64,000 nt of DNA from Isurus oxyrinchus (Eukaryota). The position numbers and the translations under genes are program-made. Shown piece after piece: positions 1 to 11,335 of this stretch (its first letter is position 1; each line of letters begins with the position of its first letter). The stretch lies in NCBI GenBank assembly GCA_026770705.1, contig JANJGN010000008.1, positions 87,978,001 through 88,042,000 of the forward strand, written 5' to 3'. The notes below the pieces were generated by a model, which saw nothing but the letters and a program-made list of their open reading frames with translations, did not search any database and had not been told where the DNA came from.

Positions 1-852
1 ATCTAATTTTGTATAGGATTTGCCTCCAGCTAGCTTTGCATATAAGTTATCTATCCGTGGAATGGGATACTTGTCTAGTTTGGTTGCCTTGTTTACAGTC
101 AATTTATAGTCCCCACAAATGTGTATGGTTTGGTCAGGCTTAACCACTGGAACTATGGGTGTTGCCCATTCTGAGAATTGGACAGGCTGGATGATGCCCA
201 ACTTTTCTAACTGGCACAGTTCTGCAGCCACCTTATCCTTCATTGCATAAGGCACAGGTCTGGCCTTAAAGAAACGTGGTATCGCCTGAGGATCTATATA
301 TATTTTTGCTTGCAAGCCTTTTAACTTCTTTTATTCATCCTGAAATACACTTTCATATTTCCTTTGCAGTTCAGGAACTCTTCCTGTTTTTCAGGTGAAA
401 TATTTCAGACCAGTCAAGCTTGATTTTCTGTAACCAGCCCCAGCTCAGAAGACTGGGTCCTTTTCCTGTCACTATCACTAGAAACTGGGCTGTCTATTAA
501 ACACCGGTACTGTAGCGATGCTCTTTACCTGAATAGACTCTCCAGTGTATGCCTTCAATTTAGTGGTTGTCTGCTCCAGATTTATTGGCTGGGTACCTTC
601 ATTTAGGTATTTAAATGTGTGCTCTCCCACCACTGTCGTTGAGACTCCTGTATCTATCTCCATCATTAGTAGCTTCCCATTAACTTGGATGGTGACAGTG
701 GTAGGTTCAGTTGTTACAGCGCTGACATTATACAGGGAATAGATGCCTGTGCCACCAGCTTCAAGTTCTGTTGTACTTTTCAATTCACTCCTGTTAGTTT
801 GATGCTTTTTGGGCTGTTTCGACTTCACCCTGCGTTACCTTACAACATGACC
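1..852 (-). mobile_element. Ty3/Gypsy LTR retrotransposon: gag 3' end, aspartic protease and start of reverse transcriptase (degenerate); continues at 5548
   Basis: Minus-strand translation gives the protease motif MEIDTGVSTTVV (ORF 478..828). Bases ~1-280 read PVPYAMKDKVAAELCQLEKLGIIQPVQFSEWATPIVPVVKPDQTIHICGDYKLTVNKATKLDKYPIPRIDNLYAKLAGGKSYTKLD, the typical Gypsy RT N-terminus. Stops and frameshifts are present. Confidence 0.92.
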
Positions 853-1403
853 ACCGACTCCCACAGCTACCTCGACTACAGCTCCTCACACCCCGCTTCC
901 TGTAAGGACTCCATCCCATTCTCTCAGTTCCTTCGCCTTCGTCGCATCTGTTCCGATGATGCCACCTTCAAAAACAGTTCCTCTGACATGTCCTCCTTCT
1001 TCCTTAACCGAGGTTTTCCACCCACGGTCGTTGACAGGGCCCTCAACCGTGTCCGGCCCATCTCCCGTGCATCCGCCCTCACGCCTTCTCCTCCCTCCCA
1101 GAAACATGATAGGGTCCCCCTTGTCCTCACTTATCACCCCACCAGCCTCCGCATTCAAAGGATCATCCTCCGCATTTCCGCCAACTCCAGCATGATGCCG
1201 CCACCAAACACATCTTCCCTTCACCCCCCCTATCGGCATTCCATAGGGACCGCTCCCTCCGGGACACCCTGGTCCACTCCTCCATCACCCCCTACTCCTC
1301 AACCCCTTCCTATGGCACCACCCCATGCCCACGCAAAAGATGCAACACCTGCCCCTTCACTTCCTCTCTCCTCACCGTCCAAGGGCCCAAACACTCCTCT
1401 CAA

Positions 1404-1733
1404 GTGAAGCAGCATTTCACTTGCATTTCCCCCAACTTAGTCTACTGCATTCGTTGCTCCCAATGTGGTCTCCTCTACATTGGAGAGACCAAACATAAAC
1501 TGGGTGACTGCTTTGCAGAACACCTGCGGTCTGTCCGCAAGAATGACCCAAACCTCCCTGTCGCTTGCCATTTTAACACTCCACCCTGCTCTCTTGCCCA
1601 CATGTCTGTCCTTGGCTTGCTGCATTGTTCCAGTGAAGCCCAACGCAAACTGGAGGAACAACACCTCATCTTCCGACTAGGCACTTTACAGCCATCCGGA
1701 CTGAATATTGAATTCAACAACTTTAGGTCGTGA
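1404..1733 (+). pseudogene. GIY-YIG endonuclease domain in the upstream pseudo-LTR copy
   Basis: ORF 1404..1733 reads NLVYCIRCSQCGLLYIGETKHKLGDCFAEHLRSVRKNDPNLPVACHFN...EEQHLIFRLGTLQPSGLNIEF, with the PLE-type CCHH residues. Confidence 0.88.
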
Positions 1734-2121
1734 GCTCGCTCCTCCATCCCCAACCCCTTTCTGTTTCCCCCTTCCTTTTTTTTTTCCAATAAATCATATA
1801 GATTTTTCTTTTCCCACCTATTTCCATTATTTTTAAATATCTTAAAATCTTTTATGCTCTCCCCACCCCCATTAGAGCTATACCTTGAGTGCCCTACCAT
1901 CCATTCTTAATTAGCACATTTGTTTAGATAATATCACCAACTTTAACTCCTATGTGTTCTATTGTTGTTGACATCTTTTGATGATCTGCTTCTATTACTG
2001 CTTGTTTGTCCCTACAACCACACCCCCCCCCTCCACTTCTCTCTCTCTCTCTCTCTCTCCACCCCCCCCCGACACACCTTAAACCAGCTTATATTTCAAC
2101 TCTTTCTTGGACTCGAACTCA

Positions 2122-2160
2122 AGTTCTATCGAAGGGTCATGAGGACTCGAAACGTCAACT
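2122..2160 (+). ncRNA. Minimal type I hammerhead ribozyme motif, copy 1 (core mutated to CUAUCGA)
   Basis: AGTT-CTATCGA-A-GGGTC-ATGAG-GACTC-GAAA-C-GTC-AACT: stem I AGTT/AACT, stem II GGGTC/GACTC, palindromic ACGT stem III, GUC site at 2154-2156. Minimal HHRs in PLE pseudo-LTRs are established. Confidence 0.7.
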
Positions 2161-2308
2161 CTTTTCTTCTCCGCCGATGCTGCCAGACCTGCTGAGTTTT
2201 TCCAGGTAATTCTGTTTTTGTTTTGGATTTCCAGCATCCGCAGTTTTTTTGTTTTTATCTTTTTGTTTTTATCTCTGTGTTTAATTGACTGCCACTGCTC
2301 TTCAAGAA

Positions 2309-5055
2309 ATGCCTACCTCCTTGAAGAAGTTCTGTTCTTTTCTGCGACAAGATTTCCGTTCCTCTCTTTTGCCTTGCTCACCTTCATTGCTTTCCATTTC
2401 CCTCCTGGTGTTTGACAAGGTGTTTACTAAAACCCGCTTTCACAGCCATATCTCCTTTCTCAGTGATTGTCTCCGTCTCCGACTTACCCCACGTGGATTT
2501 CAACTGAAATTCCACACCTCGTGTTTCGAACCCACCCAGGATTACAGGTATCTCCGGGACATAAAACGTTTCTCGGACTGCTGTTCCCGTCACATTCTGA
2601 AATCCACATTCAGTGCCATGCGCCGCCATATGAACACACTCGACCTCTCCCTCCAGCAGCATCGCCGTACCCTTTTTCAAAGCTGCGCGTGCCCCCAGTT
2701 TCATTTTATTCTTCGGCTCATCCGACGCCTCAACAAGAAACTTTTTCTCTTTCTCTCAAGTGATAAGGAACGCAAGCTCCAACAACTCATCAACACCAAC
2801 ACCCATCTAGGACCTTCCACCCCTGCCCATCCCTCCGTCCCCACCCCATCTTCCAATCCCAGCCCCAGCCGTGTATTCACTATACTCCCTGACCTTCCCC
2901 TCTCCGATGCTGAACGTTCAGTGCTCAGCAAAGGACTTAGTTTCATACCCTTACGCCCTCACCTCAATGAATTTCGGGCTCGGCATGATGCTGAACTCTT
3001 CTTCTGCCGTCTTCGTCTCCGGGCTCACTTCTTTGGGCAGGAGTCCTCTACCAGTTCAACGGATCCTTTTACCCATCTCCAATATTCTCCCTCTACCTGG
3101 ACCCCTCCCTCTGGATTCTTGCCTTCTCTTGATCTTTTCATTGAGAACTGTCGGCGCGACATTAGTCATCTCAATTTCTCTGCTCCTCTCACCCATTCTA
3201 ACCTGTCTCTGAACTTACTGCACTCCATTCTCTCAGGTCCAACCCTGACATTGTCATCAAACCTGCTGACAAGGGTGTTGCTGTTGTTGTCTGGCGCACT
3301 GACCTCTACCTCGCGGAGGTTGAGCATCAACTCGCAGACACTTCCTCCTACCTCTCCCTGGACCATGACCCGACCACTGAACATCAAGCCATTGTTTCCA
3401 GGACTGTCACTGACCTCATCTCCTCTGGGGATCTTCCTCCCACAGCTTCCAACCTGATAGTCGCCCAACCTCGGACGGCCCGCTTCTATCTCCTACCCAA
3501 AATCCACAAACAGAACTGCCCCAGTAGACCAATCGTCTCAGCTTGCTCCTGCCCCACAGAACTAATTTCTCGTTATCTTGACTCCCTTCTCTCTCCCCTT
3601 GTCCAGTCCCTTCCCACCTACATCCGTGATTCCTCTGACACCTTACGTCACATCAACAATTTCCAGTTCCCTGGCCCCAACCACTTCCTCTTCACCATGG
3701 ACGTCCAATCCCTCTACACCTCCATCCGCCACCAGGATGGTCTGAGGGCCCTTAGCTTCTTCCTCGAACAGAGGCCCGAACAATCCCCATCCACCACTAC
3801 TCTCCTCCGTCTGGCTGAACTTGTTCTCATGCTGAACAATTTCTCTTTCAACTCCTCTCAATTCCTCCAAATAAAAGGTGTGGCTATGGGTACCCGCATG
3901 GGCCCCAGCTATGCCTGTCTCTTTATGGGGTATGTGGAACATTCCTTGTTGCAGTCCTACTCCGGCCCCCTTCCACAACTCTTTCTCCGGTACATCGATG
4001 ATTACTTCGGTGCCGCTTCATGCTCTCGTCGGGACTTGGAAAAATTTATTAATTTTGCTTCCAATCTCCACCCCTCCATCATTTTCACGTGGTCCATCTC
4101 TGACACTTCCCTTCCCTTCCTTGACCTCTCTGTCTCAATCTCCGGTGATAGACTGTCCACCAATATCCATTACAAACCCACCGACTCCCACAGCTACCTC
4201 GACTACAGCTCCTCACACCCCGCTTCCTGTAAGGACTCCATCCCATTCTCTCAGTTCCTTTGCCTCTGCCGCATCTGTTCCGATGATGCCACCTTCAAAA
4301 ACGGTTCCTCTGACATGTCCTCCTTCTTCCTTAACCGAGGTTTTCTACCCACGGTCGTTGACAGGGCCCTCAACTGTGTCCGGCCCATCTCCCATGCATC
4401 CGCCCTCACGTCTTCTCCTCCCTCCTAGAAACATGATAAGGTCCCCCTTGTCCTCACTTATCACCCCACCAGCCTCCGCATTCAAAGGATCATCCTCCGC
4501 CATTTCCGCCAACTCCAGCATGATGCCGCCACCAAACACATCTTCCCTTCACCCCACCCCTATCAGCATTCCATAGGGATCGCTCCCTCCGGGACACCCT
4601 GGTCCACTCCTCCATCACCCCCTACTCCTCAACCCCCTCCTATGGCACCACCCCATGCCCACACAAAAGATGCAACACCTGCCCCTTCACTTCCTCTCTC
4701 CTCACCGTCCAAGGGCCCAAACACTCCTCTCAAGTGAAGCACTTGCATTTCCCCCAACTTAGTCTACTGCATTCGTTGCTCCCAATGTGGTCTCCTCTAC
4801 ATTGGAGAGACCAAATGTAAACTGGGCGACCGCTTTGCAGAACACCTGCGGTCTGTCCGCAAGAATGACCCAAACCTCCCTGTCGCTTGCCATTTTAACA
4901 CTCCACCCTGCTCTCTTGCCCAAATGTCTGTCCTTGGCTTGCTGCATTGTTCCAGTGAAGCCCAACGCAAACTGGAGGAACAACACCTCATCTTCCAACT
5001 AGGCATTTTACAGCCTTCCGGACTGAATGTTGAATTCAACAATTTTAGGTTGTGA
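2309..5055 (+). pseudogene. Penelope-like RT / GIY-YIG polyprotein ORF, disrupted
   Basis: The N-terminal ORF from 2285/2309 frameshifts near 3205-3210 in a CTCT run into the frame running NPDIVIKPADKG...RYIDD (YIDD at 3991-4002). There is a premature TAG at 4426-4428 (CAG in the upstream copy), a 9-bp deletion near 4740 and further frameshifts before the EN stop. Confidence 0.9.
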
Positions 5056-5444
5056 GCTCCCTCCCCCATCCCCACCCCCTTTCTGTTTCCCTCTTCCTTT
5101 TTTTTTCCAATAAATCATATAGATTTTTCTTTTCCCACCTATTTCCATTATTTTTAAATATCTTAAAATCTTTTATGCTCTCCCCACCCCCACTAGAGCT
5201 ATAACTTGAGTGCCCTACCATCCATTCTTAATTAGCACATTCGTTTAGATAATATCACCAACTTTAACTCCTATGTGTTCTATTGTTGTTGACATCTTTT
5301 GATGATCTGCTTCTATCACTGCTTGTTTGTCCCTACAACCACATCCCCCCTCCACTTCTCTCTCTCTCTCTCTCTCCGCGCTCCCCCCCCCCCCACGCAC
5401 CTTAAACCAGCTTATATTTCAACTCTTTCTTGGACTCGAACTCA

Positions 5445-5483
5445 AGTTCTGTCGAAGGGTCATGAGGACTCGAAACGTCAACT
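5445..5483 (+). ncRNA. Minimal type I hammerhead ribozyme motif, copy 2 (core CUGUCGA)
   Basis: AGTT-CTGTCGA-A-GGGTC-ATGAG-GACTC-GAAA-C-GTC-AACT, with the GUC triplet at 5477-5479. It lies at the 3' end of the PLE. Confidence 0.78.
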
Positions 5484-5547
5484 CCTTTCTTCTCCGCCGA
5501 TGCTGCCAGATCTGCTGAGTTTTTCCAGGTAATTCTGTTTTTGTTTT

Positions 5548-6389
5548 TGACCTTTTTTATGGCAGTTATGGCATTCTGTTTCTAATCTGCAGGTGCCTGG
5601 GCCGTGGTCACCCCCACATCTATAACAAATTAACCTTGGAGTCACTGCTGATGTGTTTCTACTAGGCCTTTTCATATTTTTAATAATGGACATTGCCTCT
5701 CACTTTGATACTGTGGGTCTGGTTTTTGTGCCACCCCCAGTGGTAGGTTCCCACTCCACATGAAGAACAGCGCCATGTTGTATACGTTGTAAAGCCTGTG
5801 AGTCTCTCGCAGTATTTTCCATGGTGAGTGCTATTTCCAGGATGCACTTCAAATCAATGTTGATCCTTGCAAGTAAACGGCCCTGAATTGAGAACTCCAC
5901 AAACTAAACGGTCCTGCAGCATATCATTTAGTGTGTCCTCAAAGTCACAGTGTTCTGTCACCTGCTTCAGCTTCACTACATAGGTTGCATTGGACTCTCC
6001 TGTGGCCTTAACTCTGGAATTAAACTGAAACCGCTGCATTATTATGGATGGCTTTGGCTGGAAATGCGTTTTCATGAGATCCACTAATTCATTAAAGGGT
6101 TTAGAATTGGGCATGTTTGGGGCCATCAGGCTGTGAATGAGGTTGAATGTCTTGCCACCACATACACTCAGTTGGATGGCTTTCTGCTTTTCCTCCATGG
6201 TAATTTCATTCACTATGAAATAAAAACCAAGGTGCTCCTCATACTGGCTCCAGTCTCCAATAGTCGTATCGTAAGGATCAATTCTGCCAAAGAGTGGCAT
6301 GACTGGTGAGTAGTCTTTTCTTTTTTCTTTGGATTTAGTGTACTCACATTAGCAAGGCAGCGTGGAGCTATTTTACCCTGGTTGCCAAA
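5548..6389 (-). mobile_element. Gypsy gag (degenerate) with leader and primer-binding site
   Basis: ORF 5854..6300 MPLFGRIDPYD...QRFQFNSR...VKLKQVTEHCDFEDTLNDMLQDRLVCG is Gypsy gag. Zinc knuckles CYRCGGDH and CHNCHKKG lie at ~5550-5630. A PBS-like TGGCAACCAG (minus strand, 6378-6387) sits just inside the LTR. Confidence 0.9.
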
Positions 6390-6590
6390 TGTAATGACTT
6401 GATGGACTGGACAGGTTTCAACAAGAAACAGATAAACTTTATTACAGGGAGCTTTTCAGATGCTTCATATTCAATCAGGACTCTCATCAGGAAGCCCCGC
6501 CCCCCTGATTACCCATGCTTAGGGCTCATTTGTCGGACCTTCATGTGATCCCTGATAGACAGCAAGAGAGGCTATACCTTAGTTACTGCA
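6390..6590 (-). repeat. Probable 5' LTR of the Gypsy element (~200 bp)
   Basis: TG...CA termini with imperfect inverted ends (TGTAATGAC / GTTACTGCA), AATAAA on the minus strand at 6438-6443, adjacent to the PBS. The outer boundary is approximate. Confidence 0.6.
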
Positions 6591-7642
6591 GGGACATAAC
6601 CAATCCTTGTGACAAAGCATTCTGTCTCCAACAACCCTCTATGAGTAAAGACATTTACGCTTATCTCTCTCCTCTCTCTCTCCGTGACAATTTGAAATTG
6701 ACGCCTCCTCATTACTGACTTCCTAAAAAAACAAAATAGTTTACCCACATTCACTCAACCCAAATCATTTATAAATGTCCTCATTCATTTTCTCTGCTTC
6801 TCTGCTCCAGTGAAATTCATCGGCGTGTTTCACAGGGATTCCAGGCACAGCTATGGTCACTCCTTAAACTATAGTTACAGCTTTAAGGGCTGCAAGTTTG
6901 CGTGTTATTTTGTTGTCCCTCACATATCATTACCCTCCTTCACAAAGCACCAGTAAGGCAGGAATGTGTTTAAATTAGATTCAAAAATTGGGGGCGCAAT
7001 ACTCCTCAGAAAGTGTAGCGCCCTGCTGGGTGGGGATTGTAATGTCACACCTTGGAAGTAGCAATTTAGCAGTGAAAGAGTAATTACGCAGTGTCAATTT
7101 GCCACGCCTTATTTGAACAGATTACAATCCTACGAACAAATTACCTCCCAGCCCTCTCGGCAAGACTTGGAGGCATATGACTGAGAATAGAAAGGAGAGC
7201 AAGCCATATTTGATACCAGAAAGGGCTAAAGCTTGTTCACTTGAATCAATCAGGAAATGCTAGATATTGTAATAGGCAGACAATGGGGTTGGTATATTGT
7301 CGGAGGATGAGATCTGACAAGTTGAATAGCCTTCTTCATCCAACCCTGTTTTGTGGTCTGCTCACTCAAAAGTGAAGAGAAAATGATGAGTTTTATAAGA
7401 TGACTAAATTCAAACATGCAGTGCACAGGACATGGAGATAGAGCAGCTCCTACAGGAGTTAATAAGAAACATTTTAGCTTAATTTTTTCTCAATCAATAA
7501 CAACTGCACTCTTGCTTTCCCTGCTGTTGATGTCATTGACTTCTGAATCAGTGTAAAGCAGTCTACTTTTAGCGTCGATCCTTTGAAGAAGTTCATTGGA
7601 CAGTGGCCAGTGATGCTTCTAATGTCGCTAGCATTCAGCTAT

Positions 7643-7852
7643 TTTTTTTTCCATTCTTTCATGGGATGTGGGTGTCACTGGCTAGACCAGCATTTGTTGC
7701 CTTTCCCCAGTGCCCTTGAACTGAATGGGTTGCTTGGCCATTTTAGAGGGCAGTTAACAATCAACCACGCTGCTGTGGATCTTGAGTCACATGTAGGCCA
7801 GACCAGGTAAGGACAGAACATTTCCTTCCTTGAAGGGCTTTAGTGAACCATT
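7643..7852 (-). mobile_element. HE1-type SINE, 3' portion
   Basis: Poly-T plus CATGGGATGTGGGTGTCACTGG tail shared with HER1/CR1 3' ends in this window; body matches 18285-18660 and 23783-24560. Confidence 0.75.
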
Positions 7853-8261
7853 GGGACATCTAAGTCTGACTCCATCCCCTAATAATGAAAATTGCTCAGG
7901 GTGCAAGTGAACTTAATTTGGGAAGTCTCAGATAAGTCACTCTAGGACAAGAATTCAATTGGTCAGAGAACTCCGAGGTCACAAACAGTTTCCAAATTAA
8001 TTGGGTCATTTCAGTCCTACCATTTCCAAACATAGATTTGACCTAATTTAGACCTGAAGGGGCTGCTGTGATGGGCAAAAATATGCAAAAATTTAAATTC
8101 TGCTTTTCCATGACGCATAAATCTCAATTTGCAACACGTTGAAAAGGTAAAATTTGGTTTGGTGTTTGTGGCTGGAGCATCAATATGTGCTTCTGTGTGT
8201 TAGTGGTGCTAACTTCATTGCCCTCCTTTATGACACTGTGAACCACAGTTAGAGTCACACT

Positions 8262-8571
8262 CCTCCTCCTTCAGGTACCATGCCTAAGAGGGCATTGATG
8301 ACCATGGACTTCCATTGGATTGGTCTGTGATTATGCTTGGCAAAGCGTAGCAGTTGTTCGCTGTTGCCCTCTGCAATATGGTTGACCAAGAAATTCTCCC
8401 GCTCTTAACCGCCTGCCATCAGGCATATTGGAAGGATTTACAGGCTGGTAATCAATCCGTTTGGCCAGGTTATGAATGCACCTTCCATGGCCATCAGGTC
8501 CTGAAGTAGGACTTGAACACAGAGCTGCTGGCTTAGAGCTAGGGATACTACCACTGCATCATAAGACCTCC
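8262..8571 (-). mobile_element. tRNA-derived SINE with (GAG)n tail
   Basis: Minus strand starts GAGGTCTTATGATGCAGTGGTAG (A box-like), has GTTCAAGTCC (B box-like) and ends GAAGGAGGAGGA. Confidence 0.6.
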
Positions 8572-9067
8572 AGAATCACACTACAAAGGGTTATTCTCTT
8601 TAAAATTGGAGAGAAGGAGTACAACTTGCCCCTAAGAGTCCATGAAGTGTTGAAGAGCTATAAATCCTTGGTGACCTGGTTTTAAGTAAATACCAATTCC
8701 TAGTCATATAGTTTTGCTGTTTTTGTAACTTCACATCATCTCTTGGAAAACAATGTAAAATAATGCAAGGATTAACAATCCAGTTAATAATCCGTAATAT
8801 CAATGTTCCTTGTAGCTGTAATTACCTTCATCCTAGCCAACGTGGTTAGTCTTAAGTCAAGGGAGGATTTTAGGAGCTGCCATAACCCATATGGTGAAAG
8901 GGGCCTTCCACATCAATTGGACATGCGTACCTCAGATGATGTCAACTCAGAATTCAGAGCTGGAGCTCTGGTTTCCACCCATCACAATGTCCGAAGTGAG
9001 GTTAAAATCCTGCAACTTTCTACTCAGAAACAGGAATACTATTCCTGAGTCAAATGCTCATTCCACA

Positions 9068-9195
9068 CCCAATCCTTGGTGGCCCAATGATGAGTGAATA
9101 TCCAATCATTGGTGTTCTGGTGATGAGTAAATATCCAATCATTGATGGCCTAGTGATGAGTGTAAACCCAATTCATGGTGCTCTAGTGATGATGT
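9068..9195. repeat. Degenerate tandem repeat, ~33-bp unit, about 4 copies
   Basis: Recurrent (TAT)CCAATCATTGGTG.YCT.GTGATGAGT.AA units. Confidence 0.75.
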
Positions 9196-9864
9196 ACATG
9201 TATTGCCAGGGACACTAATAGATAATAGTTATATGGCCTCATCTTCAGACACTTCTACAGTCCAAACTTGCGACATTCAGGAGTCAAAAGTTGAAAAACC
9301 AAATGAAAAATTAATGGTTTGAAATGATGGATGTGTAGGCAGAGTGGAAGCCAGATGGAAGACATTCAGGGTGATGCAAAGAGCTTGGTAGTGACTATGC
9401 ATTTGAGGACTTTAGAGAGGAAAGGAAGGTAATGATGAATTGAAATTGGGAGACTTTATTGAGTATTTGTAGGGGAAGAATTGCAATTTTTTGTGTGGAA
9501 GGGATAGTACACAAATGATGCAAAGAAAGTTTATTGCATATTTTCCACTCAGTGACAATATTGGAGGTACAATTTACATTATCATGTGGTGCATCCACAT
9601 ACACCTGACTATGCACTATTGTTTTATATTGGACAATTTGTCAAATTCTTATCCTATTTGTTGGGATGGTCAAGAACTAGTCTGAATGTGACTATATCAT
9701 GATGGCAGAATGTATCAATTTACTATTCAAAGTGTGCAGTGAGACTTCCTCCAATAATTCAGTTCAATGATGCTTGTAGTTCACCAACTTTAAACATTAA
9801 CCACTGGATAGAGTGAAGAAAGGCTATGTTTGTACAACTCATTTTTTGGTGTCACTGACACAAA

Positions 9865-9976
9865 GGCTGGAATTTTCCAGCACACCCGTGGCTGGGTCAG
9901 TGAGCCAGTAAAATCTTCATTCACCCTGGCAGGACCAGAATATCCCACCAGCGTGAGGGGCTGGAAAATTCTGGCC
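9865..9976. mobile_element. 112-bp MITE (PIF/Harbinger-type TIR) inserted in a Deu-domain SINE remnant
   Basis: Left end GGCTGGAATTTTCCAGC; right end reverse-complements to GGCCAGAATTTTCCAGC (15/17 match). Flanks (~9830-10108) resemble the SINE at 19070-19470. Confidence 0.7.
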
Positions 9977-10111
9977 GAAGTTTCACAGGCAAATATTCAT
10001 TTTCAAGTACTGTGACTCTTCCAGTAAATGTGGCAGCCATGTTGTGAACAGAAAAGAACCACAAACAACAATGAAATAAGTATCCAGTTAATCTGTTTTT
10101 GGTGGAGTTAT

Positions 10112-10480
10112 AATATCATACAGCCATACAACAGAGAATGAGGCCATTCTGCCTGTATGCCTATGCCGGCTCTTTGGTAGAACTATCCAATTAGTCCCAT
10201 TCCCCTGCCCATTCCTTGTAACCCCTTTTTTTCATTTTTAAGTATATATCTACTTCCCTTTCAAAGGTGACTACTAAATGTGCTTCCACCATCCTTTCAG
10301 GCAGTGCATTCGAAACCATAGCAACTCACTGAGAAAAACAGTTGTCATCTCTCCTTTTGTTCTTTTGTCAATTATCTTAAATCTTTGATCTCTAGTTACC
10401 AACCCTCCATCCAGTACAGTTCATTCTTATCCACTCTATCAGAGCCTGCCAGTATTATAAACATCTGAATTACATCTCCC
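10112..10480 (-). mobile_element. CR1 LINE 3' fragment
   Basis: Minus-strand LRGDVIQMFIILAGSDRVD (CR1 RT C-terminus) followed by a CR1-like 3' UTR. Confidence 0.75.
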
Positions 10481-10649
10481 CGTAATCCTCTTTGGAGGAC
10501 ACTTGCTGCGTCTTGTTTGAGACTGGCTGAGCAGGTCACCAGGTGGCTTTTTCTCTTCCAAAAGCACCACAGGATCTTTAACATCTGCTTGAACTTGTAA
10601 CAGACAAAGGCAGATTGGTTTATTGTGACATATGATGGATGGCACATTC

Positions 10650-11335
10650 CAAGTTTTTTATTCTTTCACGGAGCTTGTCAATCCTGTTGCTGATCCTTAA
10701 TTGCCCCTGAGAAGGTGGTGCGGACCCACATTGTTGAATTGCTGCATTACCTCTGGACTGGGTACATCCACCGTGCTGTTAGGAAGGAAGTTGCAAGATT
10801 TTGACCCAGTTACAGTGAAGTAGTGCTCAGTTTCTGCTCAATGGCAACCCTCAGAACTTTGATGGTGGAGGGGAGATGGTTGGATTCTCTCTTCTTGAAG
10901 ATGGTCATTGCCTGGCACATGTGTGGTGCAAATATTACATGCCAGTTATCAGCCCAAGACTGAACGTTACCCAGGTCTTGCTGCATATGGACACAGGCTC
11001 TTCAGTATTTGATGATCATCAATGAACATTCCCGTTTTTGACCTTATGATGGAAGGAAAGTTGTTAATGAAGCAGCTGAAGATGGATGGGCTGAGGACAC
11101 TACCATGGGGAGCTGCTGCAACGATGTTCCAGGACTGAAATGATTGACCCCCAAAAACCACAACCATCTTCCTTTGTGCTAGGTATGACTCCAATCAGTG
11201 GAGAGATTTCCCCTTGATCCTCATTGACTACAATTTTGCCAGGGCTCCTTGATGCCACACTCCATCAAATGCTGCCATGATGTCAAGGGCAGTCACCCTC
11301 ACCTCACCAACACTTGAGTTCAGCTCTTTTGTCCA
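10650..11335 (-). mobile_element. HER1-type CR1 LINE 3' part; continues at ~14503-15240
   Basis: ORFs MESYLAQRKMVVV...FINNFPSIIRS and WTKELNS.GEVRVTALDI.AAFD.VWHQG; homologous to 27920-29837. Confidence 0.85.

Larger units (their letters stand above)
851..5547 (+). mobile_element. Penelope-like retroelement (Neptune-type architecture) in tandem arrangement: 5'-truncated copy (pseudo-LTR) plus a full-length unit
   Basis: 851-~2224 is a near-identical direct repeat of 4178-5547. The element encodes RT (KPADKG, MDVQSLYT, GVAMG, RYIDD), a Cys-rich linker (CPRKRCNTC) and a C-terminal GIY-YIG endonuclease (NLVYCIRCSQC..YIGET, EH, CHF, EQHLI). TGACC flanks both ends (848-852, 5548-5552). Confidence 0.95.

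Noticed and set aside
685-1407. 240-aa ORF that looks like a novel protein
   Set aside because: It is a chimera of antisense Gypsy sequence and the truncated PLE RT C-terminus across the insertion junction, and then runs out of frame.
2309-5055. Selenocysteine recoding as in Naiad PLEs
   Set aside because: The disrupting stop is TAG and is absent from the duplicate copy, the endonuclease is C-terminal, and I recognised no SECIS.
8490-8571. tRNA gene
   Set aside because: A/B box-like motifs belong to a SINE head; no complete cloverleaf. The same applies near 18600-18660 and 19410-19470.
9068-9195. Spaced repeats resembling a CRISPR array
   Set aside because: Units are contiguous degenerate tandem copies without unique spacers, in a vertebrate context with no cas genes.
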